From IMG/VR virus record IMGVR_UViG_3300027757_000725, positions 1 to 64,000 of that record: a DNA stretch of 64,000 bases; one strand, 5' to 3'. Below, piece after piece: positions 18,387 to 29,199 of the stretch (position 1 is the first letter of the stretch; each line of letters opens with the position of its first letter). The notes beneath the pieces are model-generated. The model ran no database searches. It worked only from the letters and a program-made list of their open reading frames with translations, and had not been told where the DNA came from. Made by a program: the position numbers and the translations under genes. Source of the stretch: a virus (taxonomy: Duplodnaviria; Caudoviricetes).

Positions 18387-21300
18387 ATGGCATCTTCATT
18401 ACAATTAAGCGCAGATTTAAGGCTGAACCCTAACAGCATAAAGCAATCTGCTAATCAGGTAAAACAAGCGTTAGGAAGGATCACAGGTCAAGCCTCTGAG
18501 TTCCAAAAATCTCTCGATGCTTCTACAGCTAGGGTCTTTGCGTTTGGAGCTACCACAGTCGTTTTAAATACCGTCTCTCAAGCTTTTAGAAAACTTGCTG
18601 AGTCTACAATAGAGGTCCAAAAAAGATTGGTAGAAATTAATGCTATATTTCAACAGTCTGAGAGTGTATTGCAGAATTTTAGGGAGTCTATATTTGATGT
18701 AGCTCAAAACACTGGTCAAGCATTTTCGACAGTTGCTGATGCAGCAGCCGAATTAGCAAGACAGGGTCTTTCTGCAGAAGAAACTACGAAAAGACTGCAA
18801 GCTGCATTAATATTAACTAGAATATCTGGTTTGGGAGCAGAGGATTCTGTGAAAACTTTAACAGCAGCTATTAATGGTTTTACTTCAGCCGCATTAACTG
18901 CCAATGAAGTAACAGACAAAATTGTTGCGGTGGATACCGCTTTCGCTGTATCTGCGCAGGACCTAGCTCAAGGATTAGCTCGAGCTGGTTCGACGGCTGA
19001 AGATGCTGGTGTTTCATTTAACGAACTACTTGGTTTGATAACTGCTGTTGAGCAAAGAACAGCAAGGGGTGGAGCAGTTATAGGTAACGCATTTAAATCT
19101 ATATTTACAAGGTTATCTAGAGGAACTACTATTGCTGATCTTCAGTCTTTAGGTGTGGAAATAGACGCTACCCAAACAGGAGTGCAAAAACTACAAGCTT
19201 TATCTAATGCAATAGAAGGAATAGGAGACCCTACTGTAGTAAGCAAAATCAAAGAACTCGCGGGTGGTGTCTTCCAGATCAACGTGGTTAGTGCTGCATT
19301 AAAGGATTTGACAAGCGAGACATCTGTATTTAGGAAAGCTGCTGACGAGGCTGCAACAGCTTCTGGTCAAGCCTTCAAAAGAAATGAAACTTTAAACAAA
19401 TCTTTAGCCGCTCAAATAAATTCTTTAGTGGCGGGATTAACTGATCTAGCTGAAAAAATAGGTTCTCTTACGTTTGCTCCTCTTTTGACTAATTTAATAT
19501 CAGTAGCAAGCAAGATAACAGAGACACTAAGTAGTGCTCTAGGTGGTGAAAACGGGAGTGTTGTAATAAAAGGATTGTTTCAAGGTATAGGTGCTTTCAT
19601 TTCAGGCCCAGGTCTTGTTATAATTACAACCGCTTTTTTGAAAATCGTAAAGCTTATTGGGAAGTTCGCTATAGAGGGATTTAGGTCTATAACCTTGATA
19701 GGTTCAGAAACTGAAAAAATAAAAGGCATAGAAAAGGGTATAGTAAATTTGCTAAGTCAAGATGATGCTCTTAGAAAGTCCATAGCAAGTCAAACCTTAT
19801 CTCAGGCACAAAAAGAACAAGCTGTAATAGATGCTATAAAGAGAGAAAATCAACTACTTACTCAACAAGAGGCTCTTTTAAGAAGGTTGGCTACTTTAGC
19901 TGCGTCTAGGGGTGTTACTGGTTTTGGATCTGGATCTGGGTTCACAGGTGGTAATAAAAAAAGATTTTCTCAAGGATATGTACCAAATTTTGCTCGGAAT
20001 GATTTTAAGTTAGAAGAAGCGGAGGCTAAATCTTTAGGGGCTAGCTCGTCTGTAAAGGCTAGGATGGGCAAAGGTAAGATTGGAGGCAAAAGATTTGTCA
20101 TGAATAACCAAGAAACCGAAATACCAAATTTTGGTAGAAACGGAGACTCAGCTGTTATACCACGTTATTCAAAAGGGTTTGTTCCTAATTTTGTCAACAA
20201 ACAGCCACCACCACTACCAAAATCAAGGTATGGTACAAACAACCAGTGGGTTAGTGTTAATAAAGCAAAAAACGCTACAGATTCAGCTCTTTTTACATCA
20301 GACAATGACGCCCCCTTTTATCCATTTAAAGCTAAAGGAATTAAATCGACTCACGACGAGATTGTTGGGGAAGGCGGCTTGGTTATTAGAAATAGGTATA
20401 AGGAATGGGAAAAAGCCGAAAACTCAAAAAGAATAGAAACTATTGACCTAAACAAGATAGTTGGTGGATCTTTGCCTTCAATTTTGATACCAAGAAAACC
20501 AAGTTCGCCGACCGCTCTATTGAACTCTCAAAAAACAGATATTTTAAAACCTATAAATTATGAGTTTCCTGTTAAAGGTATAAGCGGTAAAAATACAGAA
20601 GCCTTGGAAGCTAAGTTCGAAAAAGATTTCGATCCGCAAAGAATTGAAAAACTAGCTAAAGGTAGAGTACTTAAATTTGCAAGGCAAATAACAGATTCTC
20701 TAGGGTTGCCAAAAGGTGAACCAAAAGATATAAAGAGAACAAAAGAGACGGATGGTTTTACTGGAGCTATTAGGTCTGCTGCGGGAGCTATCTTTGACGC
20801 TTCTGTTACAACCGCATTAAATGTAAAAAGCAAAGATACATCAAAGGACAAAGGGGGGAACTTTGACGTTAGGGGTAAGAACCCAAATCTAAAGGCTCTT
20901 TTCGGGCAAAGTCCAACTCCTTCAAAAGGACCTTTTACTGGGTTAGGTGATTTTAAGTTTACTCCAGATACGGATAGCTTAAGAAAAAAATCTCTGAACG
21001 AATTAAGAGGAAAATATAAAAGCTCTTATGAAGAACTAAAACTTGAGAGAAATCCAGATAAAAAAGGCAAGGCAACAGTAAGAGTACCAAAGAAAACAAC
21101 AAAAGCAAGAAAGAAAGGTTTTGCTTCTGGTTATATCCCCAACTTTGTTGGTAATGGACCTTTAGGTGAAGCTATAAAAAGAGAAAAAGCCGCTGGTTTA
21201 CCAGAATCAAAAATAAGGGTAGATCAAAGCCAAAAACTAGCTAATAGGAGAAACCCTACTGGTTTAGCGGTAACAAACACAAGAGACGAACCAAGAGGTT

Positions 21301-23879
21301 TAAAGGATGTTTTCGCAAGTGGCTATGTTCCTAACTTTGCCAAGTTGGGTGGAGGCTTTGCTGGATTTGATCAAAGGACAGTTTCTGCTCAAAAAATCCA
21401 GAAGTTAGAACAACAGATAGATAGAGCTGCAAAAAGTACAGGAAAATCTGCAAAAAGCGTAGATAAACTTTCAAAAGACACAGACAGAGCAGGTGGTTCT
21501 ATGAGACTATTTGGCGCTGCAATTGCGTCACAAGCGGCTATTGGTATTGCAAATGCTAAAGCTACAGCTTCTGCTAACGCAGCGACCCAAGATAAGGTAG
21601 ACGTTATAAATAGAGAATTAAAATCAAACTTAGAATCAATAGAGGCTTCAGACAATATAGCAAAAGAGAAAAAACTTCTTTCTGAGGCTATTGAGAGAAA
21701 TGCAAAAGAGCAAATTGAACAACTAGAAGCTAGCAAAACTTTTACTCAATCGCTAACAAGTTTTAGTCAGAGTTTAATCTCAGGTGGTTTTGCTGTTGCC
21801 CAAATAAGTGAGTTAATTCCAAGAGACAAATTAAAAAGTCTTGCTGGGACTGCATCACAACGATCCTTTAAAGGCATTAAAGGAGGTCCCATAAAAGGAG
21901 TAGGTTTTAAAGCTGGAGGAGCAAATTTAAAAAAGACGTTCGCTAATGGATCTAAAGTTTTAGGAAGAACTATTGCCAGCAATCTAGCAAGCGGAGCTTT
22001 CTTGCTCAAAGCTGGACTTATCGCGGGTATAGTTTTAGGTGGAAAGGAGCTGATAGTAGCTTTTAATAGGTCTCGTCTTTTAAAGCAAGGAAAAGAGCAA
22101 TCTGCTGGAGCTGCAACTCAAGCGAGAAAATCAGCGGGGAATATCGCTGATAGAACTTTTGAAAATATTGATACTAGTCTTTTAACCGCAGATCAGAGGG
22201 CGGATATAGATTCAGTAATAAGGGAGTTCAGAGAGGAGGGACTAAAGTCGGAAGATGTATTTGATTCAGAAGGATTTATTGTTGGTTCCGAATTAACTGA
22301 TGCAGCTAAAGCTGCTGCGAAGGAGTTAGAAAGAATTAAGAAAGTATACAATAAGGCAAACCAAACTAAGATAGCTGAGATAAACAAGCAGATAGAGGGA
22401 ACTCTACAAAAAATATCAGAGCAAAGACAAAAGGAATTAATAGATGGATTGAATATCTCAGGGGTTAGAGCTAGAATTCTTCAAAACGAAGAAAAACAAC
22501 TAGTTCTACAAGATCAGATATCTAGATCCAGAGAAAATCTAAAAAGAAACCTAGATAATATCGTTTCCTTACTTCCAGAGGGAGAACGAAAAGTCGCTCA
22601 ATTTATAGCAGACATAGCTAAAAGCCAGCAAGACATAAGTGGAGTAGGTGGAGCTCAAGATAACTTGAGACAAAGCGAAAATGATGTTTTCAGTAAAAGA
22701 AAAAGTAAAAGTTCTGCAGGTGGTAGACTGAGAGAATTAAAAGACAAGCAAGCAAAAACCCCAGGATTGGATCTATCAGAAGAAATAGGTAAAGCAGCTG
22801 ACGAACTGGACCAAGCAAATCAAGATTTTGTAGAAGCAATAAAAAAACGAGGTGAAGCTGAAGACAGTTTAAATCAGACTATATTTGATGGAGGAAAAAA
22901 AATTCTTGATGGTTTTGATTCATTTGGACAAGACCTTGTGGAATTAACTGGTGATAAAACAAAAAGTGCTTTAGCTAGCTACAGACAAAGCTTATTGACG
23001 GCTGGAGTCGGTGCGGATATACTGCAAGCAAAAATTCTTAAACTTCAAGAATCCGTAAATACAGATAGGCTTGCAAATATACTAAAAGATGGTGCAGCAA
23101 AAAAAGCAAGAAAAGATGAAGTAAAACAGAATATTCGAGGTTTACCTGATGAAATAAAAAGAAATAAAATACTACAAGAACAATTTCAAAAGCTGAAAAG
23201 CAGGACAGAAAGTTCAGGCTTCAATAGTCAGGATAGTGGAACTAAAAATTCCGTTTTCGATGCATTAAATGTCGTAACAGATCAATTAAAAGCGAGTGCG
23301 CTAAAACTCAAGGAGTCTGGAATAGGTCTGGGTGATGTAAAGATAGATAGCAGAAAAGGGAATGTTACTGGTTCTGATCTAGTAAAAGTAGAGCGGGAAT
23401 ACGAAAAACAATTAGTAAAAAGAACTGAAGGACTAGCAATTCTGAATGGTGCAAAAGTTTCGGATCCTGATGCAATTGGAAATAAACTTAGTCCAGAAGG
23501 TGATCCTTTGAGTGGTAAGGTTCAGAAGGAAGTGGAGAAAATACTTGGTGCTGTCCAAGGGGCTGCTGCTAATTTGGTAGGCTTTCAGCAAAAATATCCA
23601 GAGACATTTGGGAAAATGCTTTCAAGCGCATCTGAGCTCGCAAAAGCTTTAGATCAAACTAAGGGGAGCATTGCTCCTTTCGTAGGGACTACCAAGGTTA
23701 TAAATAAGTTTGTTACAGACGCAAATACAGCAGTGTCTGTGCAACAGCAAAATATAGTAAAATTAGCAACAGCTAACAGCAAATTAAGAGAAACTATACA
23801 AAAATACGATTCAAATATAGAAAGTCTTTCTGGTGTTTTGGATAGTCTTGTTGGTAGAGTTTCAAAATTAGAGGGTTAA
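18387..23879 (+). CDS. Tape measure protein (TP901-like N-terminal core)
   Basis: 1830 aa, Ala/Gly-rich helical; ELARQG..AE, GAVIGNAFKSIFTRL motifs. Confidence 0.9.
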   Translation: MASSLQLSADLRLNPNSIKQSANQVKQALGRITGQASEFQKSLDASTARVFAFGATTVVLNTVSQAFRKLAESTIEVQKRLVEINAIFQQSESVLQNFRESIFDVAQNTGQAFSTVADAAAELARQGLSAEETTKRLQAALILTRISGLGAEDSVKTLTAAINGFTSAALTANEVTDKIVAVDTAFAVSAQDLAQGLARAGSTAEDAGVSFNELLGLITAVEQRTARGGAVIGNAFKSIFTRLSRGTTIADLQSLGVEIDATQTGVQKLQALSNAIEGIGDPTVVSKIKELAGGVFQINVVSAALKDLTSETSVFRKAADEAATASGQAFKRNETLNKSLAAQINSLVAGLTDLAEKIGSLTFAPLLTNLISVASKITETLSSALGGENGSVVIKGLFQGIGAFISGPGLVIITTAFLKIVKLIGKFAIEGFRSITLIGSETEKIKGIEKGIVNLLSQDDALRKSIASQTLSQAQKEQAVIDAIKRENQLLTQQEALLRRLATLAASRGVTGFGSGSGFTGGNKKRFSQGYVPNFARNDFKLEEAEAKSLGASSSVKARMGKGKIGGKRFVMNNQETEIPNFGRNGDSAVIPRYSKGFVPNFVNKQPPPLPKSRYGTNNQWVSVNKAKNATDSALFTSDNDAPFYPFKAKGIKSTHDEIVGEGGLVIRNRYKEWEKAENSKRIETIDLNKIVGGSLPSILIPRKPSSPTALLNSQKTDILKPINYEFPVKGISGKNTEALEAKFEKDFDPQRIEKLAKGRVLKFARQITDSLGLPKGEPKDIKRTKETDGFTGAIRSAAGAIFDASVTTALNVKSKDTSKDKGGNFDVRGKNPNLKALFGQSPTPSKGPFTGLGDFKFTPDTDSLRKKSLNELRGKYKSSYEELKLERNPDKKGKATVRVPKKTTKARKKGFASGYIPNFVGNGPLGEAIKREKAAGLPESKIRVDQSQKLANRRNPTGLAVTNTRDEPRGLKDVFASGYVPNFAKLGGGFAGFDQRTVSAQKIQKLEQQIDRAAKSTGKSAKSVDKLSKDTDRAGGSMRLFGAAIASQAAIGIANAKATASANAATQDKVDVINRELKSNLESIEASDNIAKEKKLLSEAIERNAKEQIEQLEASKTFTQSLTSFSQSLISGGFAVAQISELIPRDKLKSLAGTASQRSFKGIKGGPIKGVGFKAGGANLKKTFANGSKVLGRTIASNLASGAFLLKAGLIAGIVLGGKELIVAFNRSRLLKQGKEQSAGAATQARKSAGNIADRTFENIDTSLLTADQRADIDSVIREFREEGLKSEDVFDSEGFIVGSELTDAAKAAAKELERIKKVYNKANQTKIAEINKQIEGTLQKISEQRQKELIDGLNISGVRARILQNEEKQLVLQDQISRSRENLKRNLDNIVSLLPEGERKVAQFIADIAKSQQDISGVGGAQDNLRQSENDVFSKRKSKSSAGGRLRELKDKQAKTPGLDLSEEIGKAADELDQANQDFVEAIKKRGEAEDSLNQTIFDGGKKILDGFDSFGQDLVELTGDKTKSALASYRQSLLTAGVGADILQAKILKLQESVNTDRLANILKDGAAKKARKDEVKQNIRGLPDEIKRNKILQEQFQKLKSRTESSGFNSQDSGTKNSVFDALNVVTDQLKASALKLKESGIGLGDVKIDSRKGNVTGSDLVKVEREYEKQLVKRTEGLAILNGAKVSDPDAIGNKLSPEGDPLSGKVQKEVEKILGAVQGAAANLVGFQQKYPETFGKMLSSASELAKALDQTKGSIAPFVGTTKVINKFVTDANTAVSVQQQNIVKLATANSKLRETIQKYDSNIESLSGVLDSLVGRVSKLEG

Positions 23880-23882
23880 AAT

Positions 23883-25463
23883 ATGAGTTTAATAATTAAT
23901 AATATAGAGTCGTCTTCTTCTACAATAAATCATAAATATTTAACCGAAAGGGAATCCTTTGGTTTATCTTTTGTAGGAACTTACACTGTAAATATTTCCG
24001 ATATTGAATTTGAAGACGATGATATCGGATTGATTGCAGGTGTAGAAGCATTAAAGAAAGTATTCAGCGAACCAAGCGTAGTAGGAAGAATAGGTGGGGA
24101 TGATTTTACAAATGGAACACTTACATCTTTAACATTCGACCAATCTACTCTTGCTGGCTCTCTTAAAGCTACATTAGTCATAAAGGAAGATAAAAATTTA
24201 TCTGAATACAAACCCTCTGATCCTTATGACCCCCAAGGAGCTGCAGTTGACATTCCGCAACCGCATTTATTAGAATCTTTTTCTGAAACTTACAGTTTCG
24301 ACAGGTCTGGAGGAGAGTATAATTACGATAGGTCTCTTTCAATTAAATACATCAAAGGATCGGATTCGTTTCTAAGCAATATAAAATTATTTCTTTCTGA
24401 TTATTTTTCTAACAATAGACCTGATTTAGGTTATCAAACCGACGGTATATCTGAAAATGCTAGATTCAATCAGGGATTCAAGGGCAATTTATCAGAGGAG
24501 ATAGATCTTATAAACTTATCTGTCTCTCTAACAGAAAGTTTCAATTCAAACACAATACATACAGGTGGGGTTGGTAGGTCCAAAAAATATTCAATTGCGG
24601 TAAACGAAAAAGGATATATAGATAAAACATATGAAATAAATCTTAATTGTTTAAGTTCTAATAATAATTCCGTATTGCAATTGGCTGTAAAACAAGAATT
24701 GGATGACTTAATTACAGAACAGGCAGGTGACTCTCCAATATCCACGGAAAAAGGTTTTTCTGTAGATGGTAGAGCTGCTACATTAACTGCAACATTTAGT
24801 AACAATCCTGAAAGTAACAATGAATCAAAAGTATTTTCTTGTTCAAAAGAATTTTCAGAAAAGGAAACAACTTATTCTTTATCTGTAACATACAAAGCTG
24901 AAGCTGATGCTACATTTACAGAGTGGGAAAATACAAACCAGCTGTACGAAAATGACACTACAACGCCATTACAGTATGTACAGAGGCTGTTCCTTGAAGC
25001 GGAAGATGTTTACGAAAAATCAAAAACCGTTAATTCAACTAAAAACAAACCAGCATCAATAACTGAACAAACGGTTTTCTCTGATAGTGATGCATTTGAC
25101 ACTGAAGACTTAGATGGGGCATTAAAATATCAATTGAGCACCTCGTCAGACAACATCAAAAAAGTAGAATCTGAGGCTATAAGTCAGATAGGTTACGACT
25201 TAATAGGAAAAAAAGAATTTTATATCAGCAATGAAAACAAAAAAATAACCTCAGTAACCTCTTCTTTGGATGTTTCGTTAGTTCAAGGAACGGCTGGTGA
25301 GGCTATGACGTTCATGGAGGATTCAGGAAGAGCAACGGACCTTTTAAGTGGAGCTTCAGGCATTAGCGCGGGTGTAACTGACTTTTATTTGCAAAGCGAT
25401 ACAATTGTCATTAATTTAGATGCTAATACGGCTACAAGAACGCACGAATATAAAGCGATATAA
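23883..25463 (+). CDS. Tail tip / baseplate-type structural protein
   Basis: Directly after the tape measure; acidic, S/T-rich beta protein. Confidence 0.55.
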   Translation: MSLIINNIESSSSTINHKYLTERESFGLSFVGTYTVNISDIEFEDDDIGLIAGVEALKKVFSEPSVVGRIGGDDFTNGTLTSLTFDQSTLAGSLKATLVIKEDKNLSEYKPSDPYDPQGAAVDIPQPHLLESFSETYSFDRSGGEYNYDRSLSIKYIKGSDSFLSNIKLFLSDYFSNNRPDLGYQTDGISENARFNQGFKGNLSEEIDLINLSVSLTESFNSNTIHTGGVGRSKKYSIAVNEKGYIDKTYEINLNCLSSNNNSVLQLAVKQELDDLITEQAGDSPISTEKGFSVDGRAATLTATFSNNPESNNESKVFSCSKEFSEKETTYSLSVTYKAEADATFTEWENTNQLYENDTTTPLQYVQRLFLEAEDVYEKSKTVNSTKNKPASITEQTVFSDSDAFDTEDLDGALKYQLSTSSDNIKKVESEAISQIGYDLIGKKEFYISNENKKITSVTSSLDVSLVQGTAGEAMTFMEDSGRATDLLSGASGISAGVTDFYLQSDTIVINLDANTATRTHEYKAI

Positions 25464-25484
25464 ATAAACAAAAAAATATAAAAA

Positions 25485-27062
25485 ATGGCGATATCTATAA
25501 AATACGGATCATATTTTTTTCCAGATCCTCAACCACAGATTTCTATTAATGAAAATAGTTCTTTGGTGTCTGGTTATCTAGACCATTTTGAAACACAATT
25601 TAACATTAATGGCATCTTAACTGGTTCAGGAATTGCTGAATTAAATGGTTTGAAAAATGATATGCTCGTAGGTTTAGCGTCACAATTTGAAGAGTTTTCG
25701 TTAGGAGAGGGTGATTATCAATATTGTAAAGTTACGTCGATTGGTTTCGAAGAAAGTGACTTAACTACATTTTCACCATACTCTGTACAGATTACAGCTT
25801 TGAGTACTGGAGCTGACACTGGAGGGTTTTTTGGTATTTCAGATCCAGTAGATTCTTGGTCTTTTCAAGAGGAGGATCAAAAAATAATATCAGCCACACA
25901 TACAGTTTCAGCTAAAGCTCAAAAAGTTTCTAGTTTAAACCCTTTGCAAAAAGCCGTAGATTTTGTTAATGACAGGACAGGAATACAAGGCATAAACAGC
26001 TCTGCATTTTTCTCATATAATAGTGGTTTTTTAGTATCAACTACAGAAAGCATAGACGAAAATAATTTCTCTTATGAGGTATCTCAGGAATTTTCCTTTA
26101 AGGATCAGGGTTCTTACGCTTATGAATCAGATGACATAGCTTTAATAAAGACTGATGTATCAATCAACAACAGCAAAGATAATGGCTTTAATGGCTCGGT
26201 AAATGGTACGATGTTTTCAAATCTTGGCGGTACAGGTTTAACAACTGGTGATTTCACAACTGGTCAGGCTAAATCTATATTAGATGAATTTGTTTTAGCT
26301 TCAAAGTCTACAAGTGAAATTTATTCATCATCTAACTTGAGAATTGAATCTTTAAATTACGATGTTGAGCAGGATTCTAATGCTATATCTTTTTCTTTTA
26401 ATTTTTCTGAAGCAGATTCAGAATCAGAGGGCGATATTAAACACGAATATAATGTAACTGCGTCGATTAGCAAAGAAGGCTCGAGCATAATTGAAACTTC
26501 TATTGATGGTCAGGTTTCTTACCAAGGAACATCTCTCCAAGCGGGTACAGGATTATACGAAAATAATCCTGTTTATTTGGCGGTAGACTCCTTTTATGGT
26601 GGTATTGATCAATATGCTTTATCTTACCCCTTCTTTGATAATTTCTACAGTGGAATTACTGGTTACCTTCCAGCAGATAATACAAAATTCCTAAATTCAA
26701 CACCAGCAAGTTTTAGTGAAGAAAAAGATCCAGTCGAAAATGTCATAAGCTACAATTATACTTTTAGCAGTGAAGTAGAAACTGCTGTTGATGGGTCTAC
26801 AACAATTACAAAAAATATTCCAGTGTTAGTTGATTCTGTTTTCGAAACAATGAACGGGTTTTGCATTCAGACGGGTGTAAATACAACAGCTGGTAAAATT
26901 TCTGTTAGTACATCTTCGACAACTGGGAGTTTTGGTGATATTATTAGTTATGCAGAAGGCTTGTTAGACTCTCTGGAACCAGACGCAGTCTTTTGGAAGG
27001 ATTCATCTATAAATAGCGGCGAAAATGACATTTCAATTTCATTAAGTAAATATTATGAGTAA
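25485..27062 (+). CDS. Tail tip / baseplate-type structural protein (similar size and composition to the previous ORF)
   Basis: Synteny and composition. Confidence 0.55.
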   Translation: MAISIKYGSYFFPDPQPQISINENSSLVSGYLDHFETQFNINGILTGSGIAELNGLKNDMLVGLASQFEEFSLGEGDYQYCKVTSIGFEESDLTTFSPYSVQITALSTGADTGGFFGISDPVDSWSFQEEDQKIISATHTVSAKAQKVSSLNPLQKAVDFVNDRTGIQGINSSAFFSYNSGFLVSTTESIDENNFSYEVSQEFSFKDQGSYAYESDDIALIKTDVSINNSKDNGFNGSVNGTMFSNLGGTGLTTGDFTTGQAKSILDEFVLASKSTSEIYSSSNLRIESLNYDVEQDSNAISFSFNFSEADSESEGDIKHEYNVTASISKEGSSIIETSIDGQVSYQGTSLQAGTGLYENNPVYLAVDSFYGGIDQYALSYPFFDNFYSGITGYLPADNTKFLNSTPASFSEEKDPVENVISYNYTFSSEVETAVDGSTTITKNIPVLVDSVFETMNGFCIQTGVNTTAGKISVSTSSTTGSFGDIISYAEGLLDSLEPDAVFWKDSSINSGENDISISLSKYYE

Positions 27063-28437
27063 TCAATCACTTCAATACATTTTGTCAAAATCTCTTAATA
27101 AGGGAGATGTTTCTGGATTTTATTATGATTTTCAAGATTCTGGAATAGAAGATGCAATTGACGCTACAGGAGGTTATATCGATTGGACTGGTTACTTTTC
27201 TAATCAGCACCCATTGTTTGAAGATTACTCTTATCCTGCAATAGCTCCTTATCCTGCGATAGCTCTTTCCGCGACTGGATTCCCTTTTACTCCTCAATTA
27301 GCAAAAGAAAAAGCACTTTCTTTCATTGATAGCAATGGATTGCAACTATCGTCTACAAATTTAAAAATAGAAAAAAATACAACTAATTTTGATGGTTTTT
27401 CTATGATTTTGGGTTTTGAGTTCAGTGGGGAGGTTTCTAATGGAATTTTGTTTGGATCTTTTGAAAAAGAGGAAATACAACTTCCTAATAATTCATACGA
27501 AACAGGATCTAAGGGATTCAACTTAGGGGTGACAGATAGGGGTCATTTATTTGTTCAAGGTTATTCGAAAAAGGGTCAATTTGCAGAGATAATAAATAAA
27601 GAGCTAACAAAGAAAAACTACATTGGAATTGGCATATCGAGAGGAAATATTAACGTTTCTATTTTTGACTTTTTTGAAAATAAGCACTTTGTTAAATCAA
27701 TAAATCTAGGTAAAGAATATATTTCTTGCCCAGAATACTTCTATTTTGGGGGATCAGAGCAGTATTATGCTAGCGAAAACACCCATCAAACAACATTTAA
27801 TGGATACATAAATAGGATCTTAGGTTTAAATGAATATTTAACAACCCAAGATCTTTTCGAGGCAACAAAAGGTATGGTGGGTGATTATACTTTTGTTAGT
27901 GGTGGGTCTGGATCAAATACAGAGCAAAGGGTTACTGGCGAAACAATTACATACAAAACTGGCATAATTGGTTATGAAACTATTGTCACTGGGACAGGCG
28001 AAGTTCTTACAGGTGTTCCTTATATTACAGGTCAATACTCAGTGACTGGTTCAAAAAATGTCGTAGAGGGTCAAAAATACGAATCAAATTTATACACTGG
28101 AAATAAATATATTAGTGAGGTTGGTTACTTAGATCCATCTTTACGAGGATCTTATTCTCCAACTGGAGAAGATGCGAACTCAATATTAGGTTTGAACGAT
28201 ACTGGGTCTTCGGTATCTGAATACAATTTAAATACAGGCACTTTTTATCAGTATACGGGCGTAGAACTTTATGGTGAATCACCTATAACGGGAACATTGG
28301 GCGAAGTTAGCGGAGTAGAATATTCTTACGGTATTAACACAACATATTATAGCATACCAGATTCTTCTGGTGTAACTTTTAATATAAATGCCAATAACCT
28401 TAAGCATGATTACATCTATTACATGGGACAAAGATAA
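27055..28437 (+). CDS. Structural protein with LamG/ConA-like domain and TG-rich C-terminus
   Basis: YYDF...YFYFGG...FNGYINRILGLNEYLT pattern. Confidence 0.55.
   Translation: MSNQSLQYILSKSLNKGDVSGFYYDFQDSGIEDAIDATGGYIDWTGYFSNQHPLFEDYSYPAIAPYPAIALSATGFPFTPQLAKEKALSFIDSNGLQLSSTNLKIEKNTTNFDGFSMILGFEFSGEVSNGILFGSFEKEEIQLPNNSYETGSKGFNLGVTDRGHLFVQGYSKKGQFAEIINKELTKKNYIGIGISRGNINVSIFDFFENKHFVKSINLGKEYISCPEYFYFGGSEQYYASENTHQTTFNGYINRILGLNEYLTTQDLFEATKGMVGDYTFVSGGSGSNTEQRVTGETITYKTGIIGYETIVTGTGEVLTGVPYITGQYSVTGSKNVVEGQKYESNLYTGNKYISEVGYLDPSLRGSYSPTGEDANSILGLNDTGSSVSEYNLNTGTFYQYTGVELYGESPITGTLGEVSGVEYSYGINTTYYSIPDSSGVTFNINANNLKHDYIYYMGQR
27230..27265. repeat. 18-bp in-frame tandem duplication (YPAIA x2)
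   Basis: CTTATCCTGC[A/G]ATAGCTC x2. Confidence 0.85.
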
Positions 28438-29195
28438 TGAATTTTGATTACAGCATATCATCTGGGAGTGATTTTATTTCGGGTTCCGACGAGCTTTTCG
28501 AAAAGAAAAACTTTAAATCTTCTTTTTATGGGGGTTTTCATTCCTTGGAAAGGAGTATTCTTACTGGAAGTTACACTGTGTTACTTTCAAATAATTCTCA
28601 AACTCTTGTCGAAGAGGCTCCTCAGATTCAAAATGTCAACGGTAAAGATATATTTTCTATAGAAAGCGGTGATTTTTACACAACAATAAATACAAACAAT
28701 TCAAATAATATTTATATTAATGAAATAAACCAATCAAAAAACGATATTATAATTTATGACCAAAAAGATTTTGGTTCTGGTTATATTTATCTTCAGGAGT
28801 TTTCTGGCACTGGTACATGGGAATCTAATACTATTCCCAACTTAATATCTGGCATAAACGAAGATCAACCATCCGATATAGATGATTTGTTTGAAAATTG
28901 GTTTGTTTTTATGAATGGTCAAAAAGTTAATAGGAACGACTCATCCTTTATTGATGAAGTAACTGGCAAAGCTTTTGCATACAAAAAGCCATACAAAGAA
29001 TACCAGATCCATGGGAGTTCGGCGGATGTTTATGGAAGTAGTTTCATTAAAGACCAAATTAACCTTTATGTTAATGGAATGGAGCAACAAAAAGAAATTT
29101 TGCTTCAGTTGTACACTGGAGTATCAATGATAAAAACTGGAGAAGATAATGTTGCTAGAGACCTTTATGGTACTTATAATAATGTAATATTTTAA
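28437..29195 (+). CDS. Hypothetical virion protein
   Basis: VFMNGQK and LYVNGMEQ beta motifs; tail-module position. Confidence 0.5.
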   Translation: MNFDYSISSGSDFISGSDELFEKKNFKSSFYGGFHSLERSILTGSYTVLLSNNSQTLVEEAPQIQNVNGKDIFSIESGDFYTTINTNNSNNIYINEINQSKNDIIIYDQKDFGSGYIYLQEFSGTGTWESNTIPNLISGINEDQPSDIDDLFENWFVFMNGQKVNRNDSSFIDEVTGKAFAYKKPYKEYQIHGSSADVYGSSFIKDQINLYVNGMEQQKEILLQLYTGVSMIKTGEDNVARDLYGTYNNVIF

Positions 29196-29199
29196 AATT

